Source of the DNA: an uncultured virus (IMG/VR IMGVR_UViG_3300035698_018446)
Lineage: Duplodnaviria; Heunggongvirae; Uroviricota; Caudoviricetes
DNA length: 64,000 nt
IMG/VR virus record: IMGVR_UViG_3300035698_018446
Reading direction: 5' to 3' (one strand)
The notes below the pieces were generated by a model, which did not search any database, had not been told where the DNA came from, and saw only the letters and a program-made list of their open reading frames with translations. Every line of letters starts with the position of its first letter. Positions within the stretch are counted from its first letter, which is position 1. Shown here one piece after another: positions 7,221 to 16,617 of this stretch. The position numbers were made by a program, and so were the translations under genes.

Positions 7221-8324
7221 TCATGAGACCAACGCGGCCTTTAGAAGATCCAAAACTTCCATAGGGGGTTTCGTTTCAAAGTAATTCTTTTCGATGAGGT
7301 TAATCATGATTTTACAGATATATGCTTTGTTTTTAATCTTATCAATGTTTTTGCGGATAAACCCTCTCGATGGATTACTTCTCGTGACGATGGCAGAAGC
7401 CATTGTCCAGTATAAATTCTTGTTAGGTACCGTCTCCCAATCCAACTTCCACGACTTTTCTCCTATAAAGATATAAAGCTCTTTCTGCCCCTGATTGTAG
7501 GCGGCAGGTACGGCCAGATCTACCTGAAGCGAACCGTCTGATGTCGGTGTTGGCCCCTTCTTGAGCCCCCTGACTACAAAGAATTCCGACATATTCTCAC
7601 CACGCCCACGGTGCTTCGTTTGCTCAGAAGGCGTCCAATCTGCATCTAACTCATGCACGGAAGGATTACCCGGCTTAGTAATTTCAGCCTGAACCATGAG
7701 AGCCTTGATCGCTTTCGTAGCGGCGGCGACATCGAGCTTCCCTTTCTTGAGGGCTCCCGTTTGGAGGATGCACGACCACACGAAAGATTCTCTACTTTCA
7801 TAAATAGAATAGGTCTGGAATTCCTTTGAAGACTTCACAAGCAGAACAACCATTTGAGTGCTGGTTTGCCCTAGAGCGACATAGCCGCTGGAATTGTGAG
7901 ACCCTTCGGATCCTTCATAGTTGTTCACAGCGCGCAGTTCTTCCGTAATGAAAATCCAATTGACTCCCGATGGAATGGAGACATTACGGAAGGCTTCTGC
8001 GAAGGTCACAGTTTCGCGAGAAGTAGCGTGCGGTGACGTGTCGTAATCTTCTTGTGTTGGTACGCGCCCGCGCGAGGGCGCGCGAACGCCATCAAGGATG
8101 TCCTTAGCTGCGTTAAGCTCCACCATCTTGTCTACATCGCCCCCAAGATCCGGATGATGCTTGCGCGCGAGCGCGCGCCACGCGGATTGAACTTCTGCCT
8201 TGGATGGCGACATTCCAGCGTGAAATCCCAAAGTACTAAGGGAGTCTTCCCAAGAGAGATCCACGTTAGCGGCTTGGCGCGCCAGCCATGCTCTCACGAT
8301 ACGATATGAAGCTGTACGATTCAT
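7221..8324 (-). CDS. J-domain (DnaJ-like) protein, paralog of 2240-3895 with a single copy of the unknown domain
   Basis: Start reassigned to MNRTASY (SD GAGGT) by homology; HHPDLGGD motif; N-terminal ~85 aa highly similar to 2240-3895. Confidence 0.8.
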   Translation of the reverse strand: MNRTASYRIVRAWLARQAANVDLSWEDSLSTLGFHAGMSPSKAEVQSAWRALARKHHPDLGGDVDKMVELNAAKDILDGVRAPSRGRVPTQEDYDTSPHATSRETVTFAEAFRNVSIPSGVNWIFITEELRAVNNYEGSEGSHNSSGYVALGQTSTQMVVLLVKSSKEFQTYSIYESRESFVWSCILQTGALKKGKLDVAAATKAIKALMVQAEITKPGNPSVHELDADWTPSEQTKHRGRGENMSEFFVVRGLKKGPTPTSDGSLQVDLAVPAAYNQGQKELYIFIGEKSWKLDWETVPNKNLYWTMASAIVTRSNPSRGFIRKNIDKIKNKAYICKIMINLIEKNYFETKPPMEVLDLLKAALVS

Positions 8325-8444
8325 TGAATTACCTCTTGAATATCTTGACAAATCTAGGAATGTACTTTTTTTAAATGAAATTGAGAGTCTTGCCATTCTT
8401 CTTAAAGTAGGGGTATACTTCTTATAGGACATGAGGAGGTCAAC

Positions 8445-9125
8445 ATGCTCGATATGTCAGGATGGATTCGAGAGATGGAATCGATGGGAGGCGCTTATGT
8501 GTCGCAGAAAGATCAGAAAGATTTGTGGCTGTGGTTAAGCACGTTGGACCCTGAGCAGAGGTTGTACTGGTTTAAGCGTGTCTTGGCATTTCCGCTCTCT
8601 ACCCGTGTGCTGACTTTTGCCACTGCGCGTAAATCGAGCCCTCAAATGAACCATGTCATGCCCGACTTCTTCAGTCTCACGCACTATGTACAACATGCTT
8701 TTTCCGGACAATATGCGGAAGACGGCGAGACGATACAAGACTCTTTGGCGGCGAGCTTCATTGTCCTGAGTCCTTTTTACAAGACCTTGTGGGATGTGCG
8801 ATCTGGAGCCATTCAGTGTGGTGATTATAGGGGTACCCTTCAGGGCGGCTCTTATTACGAGGGATCTCCTATCATCCAGAGATCCTATGTATTCGCGGCA
8901 AGCCTTTTGGATATTCTATCGCCCTGTATCGAGAAACATCCCGAGGTATCGGAGCTTATCAAGAGGGGTGAGCCAAACCCCAATCAAGCGGTTCCTACCC
9001 CGCTGCGAGTTTACATCAGGGAGCGGCGACCAATAGCAGCTATTACTTACCGTCTGCTCATGCAGCAATGCGTAGAGTACACGGATCTTAAATCTGTCAA
9101 GACGTTAAATACGAAGGTAAGATGA
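8445..9125 (+). CDS. hypothetical protein (full-length paralog of 4017-4439)
   Basis: SD GAGGAGGT; DMSGWIREMESMGG...DQKDLWLWL shared with 4017-4439. Confidence 0.75.
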   Translation: MLDMSGWIREMESMGGAYVSQKDQKDLWLWLSTLDPEQRLYWFKRVLAFPLSTRVLTFATARKSSPQMNHVMPDFFSLTHYVQHAFSGQYAEDGETIQDSLAASFIVLSPFYKTLWDVRSGAIQCGDYRGTLQGGSYYEGSPIIQRSYVFAASLLDILSPCIEKHPEVSELIKRGEPNPNQAVPTPLRVYIRERRPIAAITYRLLMQQCVEYTDLKSVKTLNTKVR

Positions 9126-10132
9126 AAACACCACTAAATACGATCTATCTTGGTCCTTGTTTGGCTATGCTGGAGAGTCTTGAAGACAACTCAGTAGACT
9201 TGATTGTGTCTTCTCCCCCTTACAACATAGGGAAAGAGTATGAGCGTAAGCTGGATCTTGATGTGTATTTGGGGCAGCAGCTCCTTGTGTTGATGGAGTG
9301 TCTACGCGTGCTAAAGAGTGCTGGGTCGCTTTTTTGGCAAGTGGGGTCTTCCCTTATGGACGGGATTACTATCCCTTTAGATGTACCTTTTTTTCAAATG
9401 CTGTGTGACATGGGTATGCGCCCAAGAAATCGCATTATATGGGTTCGTCAACACGGGTTACATTCCACTTTGAAATTCTCAGGCAGGCATGAGACGGTCT
9501 TGTGGTTCACGAAGACAGATGACTATTTCTTTGATTTAGACCCTATTCGTGTGCCTCAGAAGTATCCCACCAAGCGATACTTTAAGGGACCAAAGAAGGG
9601 AGAGCTGTCCTGCAACCCTAAAGGTAAAAATCCGGGTGATGTGTGGGCATTTCAAAATGTCAAACATAATCACGAAGAGCAAACGATGCATCCCTGTCAA
9701 TTTCCAGAAGCTATGATTGAGCGAATAATGTTGAGTACGACAAAGATTGGAGACGTTGTGTGTGATCCCTACATGGGGGTGGGCACCGTAGCCGTAGTGG
9801 CAAGAGATCACGGTAGGGCTTTCGTAGGCGCGGAATTGTCACCTGAATATCATAGTGTTGCTCTGCATCGTTTGAGCGGGCAGCCCCAAGAAGGTGGTTC
9901 TTTCCCAAACCTCAAAACCTTACGAGATTATGTGGAAGCTACGGGCCTTCCAATAGAGAATTATAAGTTCTCAAGACAGGTCGGAAAAAAGGCTTCCCCA
10001 CGATCATCCTCGAAAATATATGAAGAACCCCACCATCTCCAGATCTTATTTGACAATTTGGTGGATGAAGATCCCCTTGAGGAATCTTCTAGTGACCAAA
10101 AAATTCCATCGTTATTTGATTACGAAGATTGA
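9122..10132 (+). CDS. site-specific DNA methyltransferase (N4-C/N6-A, beta class), resembles the M.BglII family; orphan
   Basis: Motif IV SPPY precedes motif I DPYMGVGT; HNHEEQTxHPCQFP and FPNLKTLR segments recalled from BglII-type MTases; no endonuclease adjacent. Confidence 0.9.
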   Translation: MKTPLNTIYLGPCLAMLESLEDNSVDLIVSSPPYNIGKEYERKLDLDVYLGQQLLVLMECLRVLKSAGSLFWQVGSSLMDGITIPLDVPFFQMLCDMGMRPRNRIIWVRQHGLHSTLKFSGRHETVLWFTKTDDYFFDLDPIRVPQKYPTKRYFKGPKKGELSCNPKGKNPGDVWAFQNVKHNHEEQTMHPCQFPEAMIERIMLSTTKIGDVVCDPYMGVGTVAVVARDHGRAFVGAELSPEYHSVALHRLSGQPQEGGSFPNLKTLRDYVEATGLPIENYKFSRQVGKKASPRSSSKIYEEPHHLQILFDNLVDEDPLEESSSDQKIPSLFDYED

Positions 10133-10208
10133 CCGACTTTGTTTGAATCGAATCTCTCCTGCCGATCTTCATGTGTTTCGTCCTGAATTCTAGTCAAAAA
10201 GATGTTTC

Positions 10209-10247
10209 AATGCTTACGCTCATATAGGAGCGTAGGCATTTCTTTTT
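10209..10247 (+). terminator. intrinsic terminator after the methyltransferase
   Basis: AATGCTTACGCTC-N6-GAGCGTAGGCATT followed by TCTTTTT. Confidence 0.7.
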
Positions 10248-10398
10248 ATGAAGTGAAATTATGAGGGACTTGTTGTGTTCACATTCACGGATCGGAAGCG
10301 GTTAAGAGTCTCGTCTGCCTTCGGAGGGTAAACATCAACCGCGATGCGTCCGGCGATTTTTACTTTGAAATATCTAATCCCGGAATGAGAGCTTGAAA

Positions 10399-13300
10399 AT
10401 GGCAAATACCAAGAAGTCTCCCAATTACAGTCAGACGCTTCTAGCGCAGCTTCGTCGCGCCTTCGGCGTGCGTCTCTTCGCTTTTTTCGATCTCTACACA
10501 AAAATGTACGGAATGGCGTCCGGCTTTGAGGACGTACCGGAAGAATTGGCTGGAGAGTTTCGTCAGGTCATGCGTTTAGTGACGCAGAGTTTGGCGAAAG
10601 ACGAAACGCGTGAAGCATTGGCAACACAAATCTCGGAGATCATGCCTGTCTTGCGTCGTATTGAGAAGGGAGCAGATATGGATAATATCTGGCGCCTCTT
10701 GTCACAAACGATGCTCGAATCCGTTGTGACAGTAGCTCGTGATCGTGATGTTTATCTAAAGAGCCGTCGAATTCACCCCCAAGGTTGGGGATACTTCCAG
10801 AAAATGAAGCCGGAGGAAGAGGCATTAGAGAAATTGCGTCTCCGCGATCCCGAAGCCTATGCGATCACGCAGCACGCTAAAGAGATTCGCAAAGACGTAG
10901 ATAAGGCGATCACGAAGAAGATTGAAGGGTCTGGATACTCAGTAGGTAAGAAGTCTTTGCTGGGTAAGGTAGTAAATATAGGGACGAATGCAGTAGGCGA
11001 AGAGCTTGTCTTTGACGATGATGGCGATGTCTTGCCTATTGAAGATTACATCGTCAAGCGTAAAGAGTTCTTGAAGTCTTATAACGCTCTGTCCAAGACG
11101 TTCAATGTGGATCTTGAAGGTCTACGCGGTGCGAGCGCAGAAGACCTTGAGCGGATCGCAGGTCAGAAAGTCGAGTATGTGTCTCTTACGGACGATAGAG
11201 CCAAGCAGAACGCCCTGACTCGTATCTATCCCACACGTCGTCTGGGAGATAAGAAGGTCATCACGGAAGGCCGTTTCAAGGGTATCTACCTTGATGACAT
11301 GGTCAACGTTGCGGGCCGCATGATCGAGGGGGTTGCTTACGACTTTGATCCCAAGACGGGCATTCCGAAGGTGATGGAATCGCGCGCATCTGGTACTCTT
11401 GAGGTGGGGAACGTCCGTGAGCCATATGTGACTGTCGCGGATGATGGCCGTCTGTTCCTCAAGATCCCGGCAACGCACGAGTTTTCAGAAGTGCGTAAAG
11501 CCTTGTCTTTGGTTTCTAAGTTTAACACGGGAGTGGAGAAAGTCAAGGGTGGTAGATCTTCTTTGTTCTACTTTGAGCCCAAAGATTTCGGTTCGGTGCG
11601 TGAAGCTCTAGGTTCGTTGGCTTTGTCGAAACGGGCCGCACAAGTGATTGAGAAGTATTTCCGGACTTTGGCGAAGCATGAGCTGGCGACATCGAAAGAT
11701 AACCTTGGGAAGTATGATACGGAATCCCTTGGAGGCTTCAAGAAGGATCGCTCTTTATATACAGTCCAGAAGAAAGCACTCGCATGGGTGGATTCTCGCG
11801 GCGGATCTGGCGTTATGGCTCTAGGGTCAGGCGTGGGAAAGACGAGCTTGGCTCTCGGAGCTATGAAAATGGCGATGAACGATGCCGATACGGAAGGAGC
11901 CTCATTCCGCGCTCTGTATGTCTGTCCAGCTTCGCTTAAGGGGAACTTACCTTCTGAAGCACATCAGTTCTTCGAGGATCCTAAGCGGATGATCGAGCAG
12001 ACAGATATTATGTCTTATGCACAGTTTTCGAAGGCGGGAAAGAATGATCCCAACCTGCTCAATAACTACAATATCATCCTGTTTGATGAGGCGCAGGCTT
12101 TGGCATCGGGTGGATCGATGGCGGCAAAGATTGCTTCCCGCCCGCACCCGCGCAAAGTGTTTCTGACGGCTTCCCCCATGGAGCGCCGTCCGGGTGAGGT
12201 CTATACGCTGGCAGCTTTGGCGAATAATGAGGATGTGACTCAGCCCCTCTTCCGCAAGAATCGTCTCAATTTTGAGAAGCGTTTTTGTGTGGAGATTGGT
12301 GGACGCTTTGTAGGCGTGAACCCCGACCCCCTCGTGCGTCGTGATCTTAGGACGTGGGTACGTCAGAATATGTTCCACGCCGATAAGCAGAGCGTGGAGG
12401 AATACCTCTTGCCCGATCTCCAGAAGGTGCCCCGCGCTCTCACCCTTGATCCCGCAGTTGAAGACGCCTACCGTCTTGTGACAAAAGAGATCAAGGACAT
12501 CTTGGCGGGAATGGTCGAGAAGTTCCGCGACCAAAGAGGCACGCCGAATGCAAAGTCAAAGCTGGTATCTTCTGCTCGTATGAAGCTAGCAGGTCCTTTT
12601 GCCAAGCTCATGACGCTCGCTAATCTACCTTCAAAGTTGGTCCCCGGCGCTGCAAACCCTAAGATCGATGCTGCATCGCGTATCATTGAAGAGAAGATTG
12701 AAAAGAGTGGGCGTACAATTCTGTTTACGGACATTCCGGATATGGCGATTGAGACGGCTCGTCAACTGTCTGTGGACTATCCGGGTACGCGCCACGCTTG
12801 TGGACTCTCGAACAAGATCCTGATTTATAAGAACGGCGAAGTAGAGAATTCATTTAGCCCGCGCATCTATAAGTCAGATAAGCGCGAATACACCAAGGAA
12901 GAGTGGCAGATGTACGTGATGGAGAATTACATCAGGTCTAACGACTATGATGTTGTCACGGCCACGCTCACGGCGAGTTATGCGAAAGGTCACAACCTTC
13001 AGGCGTTCACAACGGTGATCCACTTGGATCGAGACTCATGGAATGCTGAGATGATGCAACAAAGAGAAGCACGCGCTTGGCGTCAAGGTCAGAAGCAATC
13101 TGTTGAATCCATCACGCTGGACATGACGTATTCTAATCCATCCAATGATCAAGATCGCACGCTGGATGAGATCATGCGTTATAGTCAGGAGATGGAAGAG
13201 GATCTGTTCAATCAAATCATCGTTGCATCTCAGACGCAGGCTCTAGGTCAAGAGTATTTTGAGATGGGTCAGGAAGCTACCTCAACATACTATGCGCAGC

Positions 13301-13482
13301 GAAAGGCGTTTGATCTTTCCATGTCTCCTTATGCGAACGTTCATGCCGAAGCTGCGAAGGGTGAAAACAATGGTGCTATGCTCGTGTCCAATAGCGAAGA
13401 TATCACCCTAGAAGATGTTCAGAATATGGGGATTCCTTTCACGGATTTCCGCGACCCCACCAGCCTTATCAATGAGGATTGA
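10399..13482 (+). CDS. SNF2-family (superfamily 2) helicase-like ATPase with long N-terminal extension
   Basis: Walker A GSGVGKT, motif Ia VCPASL, motif II FDEAQ, motif III LTASP, motif VI QREARAWRQGQ. Confidence 0.85.
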   Translation: MANTKKSPNYSQTLLAQLRRAFGVRLFAFFDLYTKMYGMASGFEDVPEELAGEFRQVMRLVTQSLAKDETREALATQISEIMPVLRRIEKGADMDNIWRLLSQTMLESVVTVARDRDVYLKSRRIHPQGWGYFQKMKPEEEALEKLRLRDPEAYAITQHAKEIRKDVDKAITKKIEGSGYSVGKKSLLGKVVNIGTNAVGEELVFDDDGDVLPIEDYIVKRKEFLKSYNALSKTFNVDLEGLRGASAEDLERIAGQKVEYVSLTDDRAKQNALTRIYPTRRLGDKKVITEGRFKGIYLDDMVNVAGRMIEGVAYDFDPKTGIPKVMESRASGTLEVGNVREPYVTVADDGRLFLKIPATHEFSEVRKALSLVSKFNTGVEKVKGGRSSLFYFEPKDFGSVREALGSLALSKRAAQVIEKYFRTLAKHELATSKDNLGKYDTESLGGFKKDRSLYTVQKKALAWVDSRGGSGVMALGSGVGKTSLALGAMKMAMNDADTEGASFRALYVCPASLKGNLPSEAHQFFEDPKRMIEQTDIMSYAQFSKAGKNDPNLLNNYNIILFDEAQALASGGSMAAKIASRPHPRKVFLTASPMERRPGEVYTLAALANNEDVTQPLFRKNRLNFEKRFCVEIGGRFVGVNPDPLVRRDLRTWVRQNMFHADKQSVEEYLLPDLQKVPRALTLDPAVEDAYRLVTKEIKDILAGMVEKFRDQRGTPNAKSKLVSSARMKLAGPFAKLMTLANLPSKLVPGAANPKIDAASRIIEEKIEKSGRTILFTDIPDMAIETARQLSVDYPGTRHACGLSNKILIYKNGEVENSFSPRIYKSDKREYTKEEWQMYVMENYIRSNDYDVVTATLTASYAKGHNLQAFTTVIHLDRDSWNAEMMQQREARAWRQGQKQSVESITLDMTYSNPSNDQDRTLDEIMRYSQEMEEDLFNQIIVASQTQALGQEYFEMGQEATSTYYAQRKAFDLSMSPYANVHAEAAKGENNGAMLVSNSEDITLEDVQNMGIPFTDFRDPTSLINED

Positions 13483-13486
13483 TGAC

Positions 13487-13768
13487 ATGAAGCGATTAGC
13501 CAGTAGTGCCCCCCAAACGATTGATGATTGGGATATCTATATTCAAGAATTGAGTGATGAAAACCTGTGGGTTCAGTCCAAAGCTGCGAACACGTTGGAC
13601 TTCGTTCAAAGGCTCGCGCGCGAGGGCGCGAGCCCTGCGGCGATTTCCGAAGTGTTGGAGATATTCGCCCTAGAGCTTCAGGATCGGAAAATGTTGGTCC
13701 CTGAGCGTGGAGAAGGTTCTTACTTGTCTTACCGCGCCCTTCTTCGTGAAATTCAGGTAGAGGACTAA
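13487..13768 (+). CDS. hypothetical protein
   Basis: SD GAGGA, ATG 13487 just after the helicase stop; operon-like spacing. Confidence 0.65.
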   Translation: MKRLASSAPQTIDDWDIYIQELSDENLWVQSKAANTLDFVQRLAREGASPAAISEVLEIFALELQDRKMLVPERGEGSYLSYRALLREIQVED

Positions 13769-15139
13769 ATGCCTTACCCCCCTTCTAATGGTAGATATCC
13801 TCCCTTTGACGGGTACAAGGATCGTGCGACATCTCCATTGGAGTGGGTGGATACTTATTACCCTCTTGCCCCTCTAAACATCAACATCCAATGGTCGTTC
13901 AACTCCGTACTACCTGCTATGGACATTTATTGGGACCCCCCGGAATGGCTTGTGTTTAACGGGAATTTTAGGATTCTTGGGATCAACATTTATCGTTCTT
14001 TAGACTCGGAGTACGGACCCTATTATCGTCTTAACCCATTACCCTTGGGTTCGACTTTCTATCGAGACATGACTACAAATCAAGATGTGGTCATGGAAGA
14101 CGTGTCTGGGCAGTTCTTGGCGAGAGGGCGGGCGGATGAAGCTGGGAAGTACATATTTCGAGTCCAAAATTATCCAATTGTCAAGGATGGCTTGAACAAT
14201 ATCTTGGCGGATAATCCTTTAGACCTCAAGGTCTTTGTTGATGGCGTAGAGGTGATCCCTGCGCGCGTGTGGGGGGAGACAGGTGAGGTTGAGCTTCGCA
14301 CGGCGGTTCTATCTGATAACGCGACAAATGAGCGGATACATCCAATCTTACCTCGTGAGGATAGTGTCGTCACATGCTCATATAGCTACAACACCAACTT
14401 CATCGCAAACGCTTTATTCCAGCGCACTTTCTATCGTCTCACGACGGTCGGGATGGATGGGTTCACGGGAGAGCTAAGGGAGACGCCCCTACACTTATCC
14501 TCAGCCCGCCACCATCATCAGATGGAGAATTTGGACTATATCTGGACGGAGGCTATCCATCGTAACAAGTGGATCTTGTATCAGGGGGGCGAGCGCGTTA
14601 AGATATTCATCCATAAGTATGTGGGTGTTCCTTGTCCTTGCTTTGACCAGACTCTTGGTCAAGCAAAAAACAATTGTTTCATTTGCTTTGGAACTGGAAT
14701 TCGTGGAGGCTACGAAGGGCCTTATGATATTCTCGTAGCGCCTCCAGAAGCAGAACGTTCTATTCGCCAGACAGAGATCGGCTTGCGTCAAGAAATGACA
14801 TATGAGACGTGGACAGGTCCAAGTCCACTTCTCAGTCAGCGTGACTTCATGGTCAAGCTCAATGGCGATCGTTATTCGGTGGGGGCTCCTCGTCTCCCAA
14901 CGAATCGCGGAAATGTCTTGCAACAACATTTCCAAATAGGGATCTTGGATTCCAGAGATATACGTTATAAGGTGCCTGTCACGGGTACAGCACCTTTAAT
15001 GTATCCTCAAACACGCACGACTGGGCATGATGACGATCCCAATAAGGTGGATTATCCTCAGATCACGGAAAAGTGCAATATTCCGGATGAGCGTGAGCAG
15101 AGAGGTCGTACACCGACCTACGAAAACATTGTATACTGA
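13769..15139 (+). CDS. putative neck / head-tail connector protein
   Basis: FN3-like start (WDPP...GINIYRS); CPC...CFICFGTG zinc motif followed by a head-closure-like beta region; structural operon context. Confidence 0.6.
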   Translation: MPYPPSNGRYPPFDGYKDRATSPLEWVDTYYPLAPLNINIQWSFNSVLPAMDIYWDPPEWLVFNGNFRILGINIYRSLDSEYGPYYRLNPLPLGSTFYRDMTTNQDVVMEDVSGQFLARGRADEAGKYIFRVQNYPIVKDGLNNILADNPLDLKVFVDGVEVIPARVWGETGEVELRTAVLSDNATNERIHPILPREDSVVTCSYSYNTNFIANALFQRTFYRLTTVGMDGFTGELRETPLHLSSARHHHQMENLDYIWTEAIHRNKWILYQGGERVKIFIHKYVGVPCPCFDQTLGQAKNNCFICFGTGIRGGYEGPYDILVAPPEAERSIRQTEIGLRQEMTYETWTGPSPLLSQRDFMVKLNGDRYSVGAPRLPTNRGNVLQQHFQIGILDSRDIRYKVPVTGTAPLMYPQTRTTGHDDDPNKVDYPQITEKCNIPDEREQRGRTPTYENIVY

Positions 15140-15153
15140 ATAAGGAGTCTGTT

Positions 15154-15408
15154 ATGGATCGCATGAGAATGGCTACTCGAATCGCTCGTATTGTTCTAGC
15201 TGCTGATTATGTCGCTTCGACCCCAATCGAGAAAGTAATGGGTGAGATCCTCACGAGCCAGATGGGGATCACGAACGCTCCAGAAAAGGTGTTCAAAGAT
15301 GCTGTCAAGAAGTTAAATGCTCTTTTGGAAGAGAACGACTTGGAGTTGGATCTCAAGGATCCTGACATTTACCCACACATTCAAGCTGCACTAGCGAGCG
15401 TAGTATGA
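15154..15408 (+). CDS. hypothetical protein with RIAR-type N-terminal motif
   Basis: SD AAGGAG; MDRMRMATRIARIVLAA. Confidence 0.65.
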   Translation: MDRMRMATRIARIVLAADYVASTPIEKVMGEILTSQMGITNAPEKVFKDAVKKLNALLEENDLELDLKDPDIYPHIQAALASVV

Positions 15409-15962
15409 TTCTTTCCCCGTTTGAAGAACGTCGGATGAATATTGTCGAGACACTAGAATGTCACGCCAACAATTCTGTGTTCAATCAGGCGGGGTTTGAT
15501 TATATCCCTGTGAATACTGGTCAAGGTAAGTCTCATGCTGTCCTGTTAGTGCATATCGAATATAATACGCTGATCAGTGATGTATTCAATGACTACCAGA
15601 AGTTGTTAGCATTCAAGATCAATAGCGAAGATGCTTCTAATCATCGCAAAGCATTTAGATCTCTCGTGATGGTTCCTATGGGATCTCTAAAGGTGAAGGG
15701 GGATTTTCCACATCATATTCAGCATACAATCGTGACCTCAAATAGCGTGAAGTATGAGATCACATCAAATAAGTTTCACTCATTTCTTATAGTGACACAT
15801 GAGCAGGGCTTGCAAGATGTTTTGGATCTTTTGGAAGATGAAACTGTGCAGTATCGCATTTCAGGCGCGCTCGCCGCGCGGCGTGTATTCGTATTGGTGC
15901 GATCAAAAGATGAAGTGAAAACTGCTTGGCATCGAGGGAAGGTTCGATCTTATGACTTCTAA
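15405..15962 (+). CDS. hypothetical protein
   Basis: ATGA overlap with the upstream gene. Confidence 0.6.
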   Translation: MILSPFEERRMNIVETLECHANNSVFNQAGFDYIPVNTGQGKSHAVLLVHIEYNTLISDVFNDYQKLLAFKINSEDASNHRKAFRSLVMVPMGSLKVKGDFPHHIQHTIVTSNSVKYEITSNKFHSFLIVTHEQGLQDVLDLLEDETVQYRISGALAARRVFVLVRSKDEVKTAWHRGKVRSYDF

Positions 15963-16461
15963 GTACCAAACCAAACGCAACAAGTCTCCACAGTTGGATT
16001 CTTCTAAGGTTCGCAACGTCTTGAACTTTAGTGGAAACAAGATATTGCAAGCGAAGATTCGTCGGCAGTTGCTGCACGTTCTCAGGCAAGCAATCTACAG
16101 GTCCCGTTCTAAAAAGCCCCCGCACTCACTGATGAAAGCGGCTTCTGTGCGTATTAAGAACAACATGATCTCCCTCACGGTGAATCATGAGGGTGCAAAA
16201 TTTCTGGATAAAGGCGTGCAAAGGCATGTCATGACTTACTTGAGAGGTGCGGGTTCCATTCCGGTTCGCTGGGAAGGTGGCCGCCCCCTCTTTCGATCTG
16301 CCCCCACGTCTCTCTTGCTGCAAGATCAATGGGTTCACCCCGGGATTAAGCCTCGTCATTTTATGCGCATGGCGAACAAAGAGGCTCAGAGGATTCTGAA
16401 AGACGAGGTGACCTCCCACATCAAGTCTAAAATTCTCCCGCTTCTTCGGGGTGCAAAATAA
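15952..16461 (+). CDS. putative virion morphogenesis protein (HK97 gp10-like)
   Basis: Basic protein with A-x-FLDKG and WVHPGIKPRHFM motifs. Confidence 0.55.
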   Translation: MTSKYQTKRNKSPQLDSSKVRNVLNFSGNKILQAKIRRQLLHVLRQAIYRSRSKKPPHSLMKAASVRIKNNMISLTVNHEGAKFLDKGVQRHVMTYLRGAGSIPVRWEGGRPLFRSAPTSLLLQDQWVHPGIKPRHFMRMANKEAQRILKDEVTSHIKSKILPLLRGAK

Positions 16462-16617
16462 CTCTTGACGTTTAGACATGCACCGCTTAATCATTACAAA
16501 TGAGGGTCATGTGCAGACTAAGAGTCACGGATGCGTTATTTGTTGGTACGATGGCTGGTGCTTCGACTATTGAGCATGGCTGGCTTTCTCTGGCAAGCTC
16601 AGATAAGGGATAAACAG

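Noticed and set aside
7221..8432. 403-aa version of the second J protein starting at 8432
   Set aside because: Homology with the paralog and an SD place the start at 8324.
4017..9125. Unknown ORFs near the array as cas genes
   Set aside because: No RAMP, Cas1/2/4, HD-helicase or RuvC motifs recognisable by eye; a remote-homology search is needed to exclude this fully.
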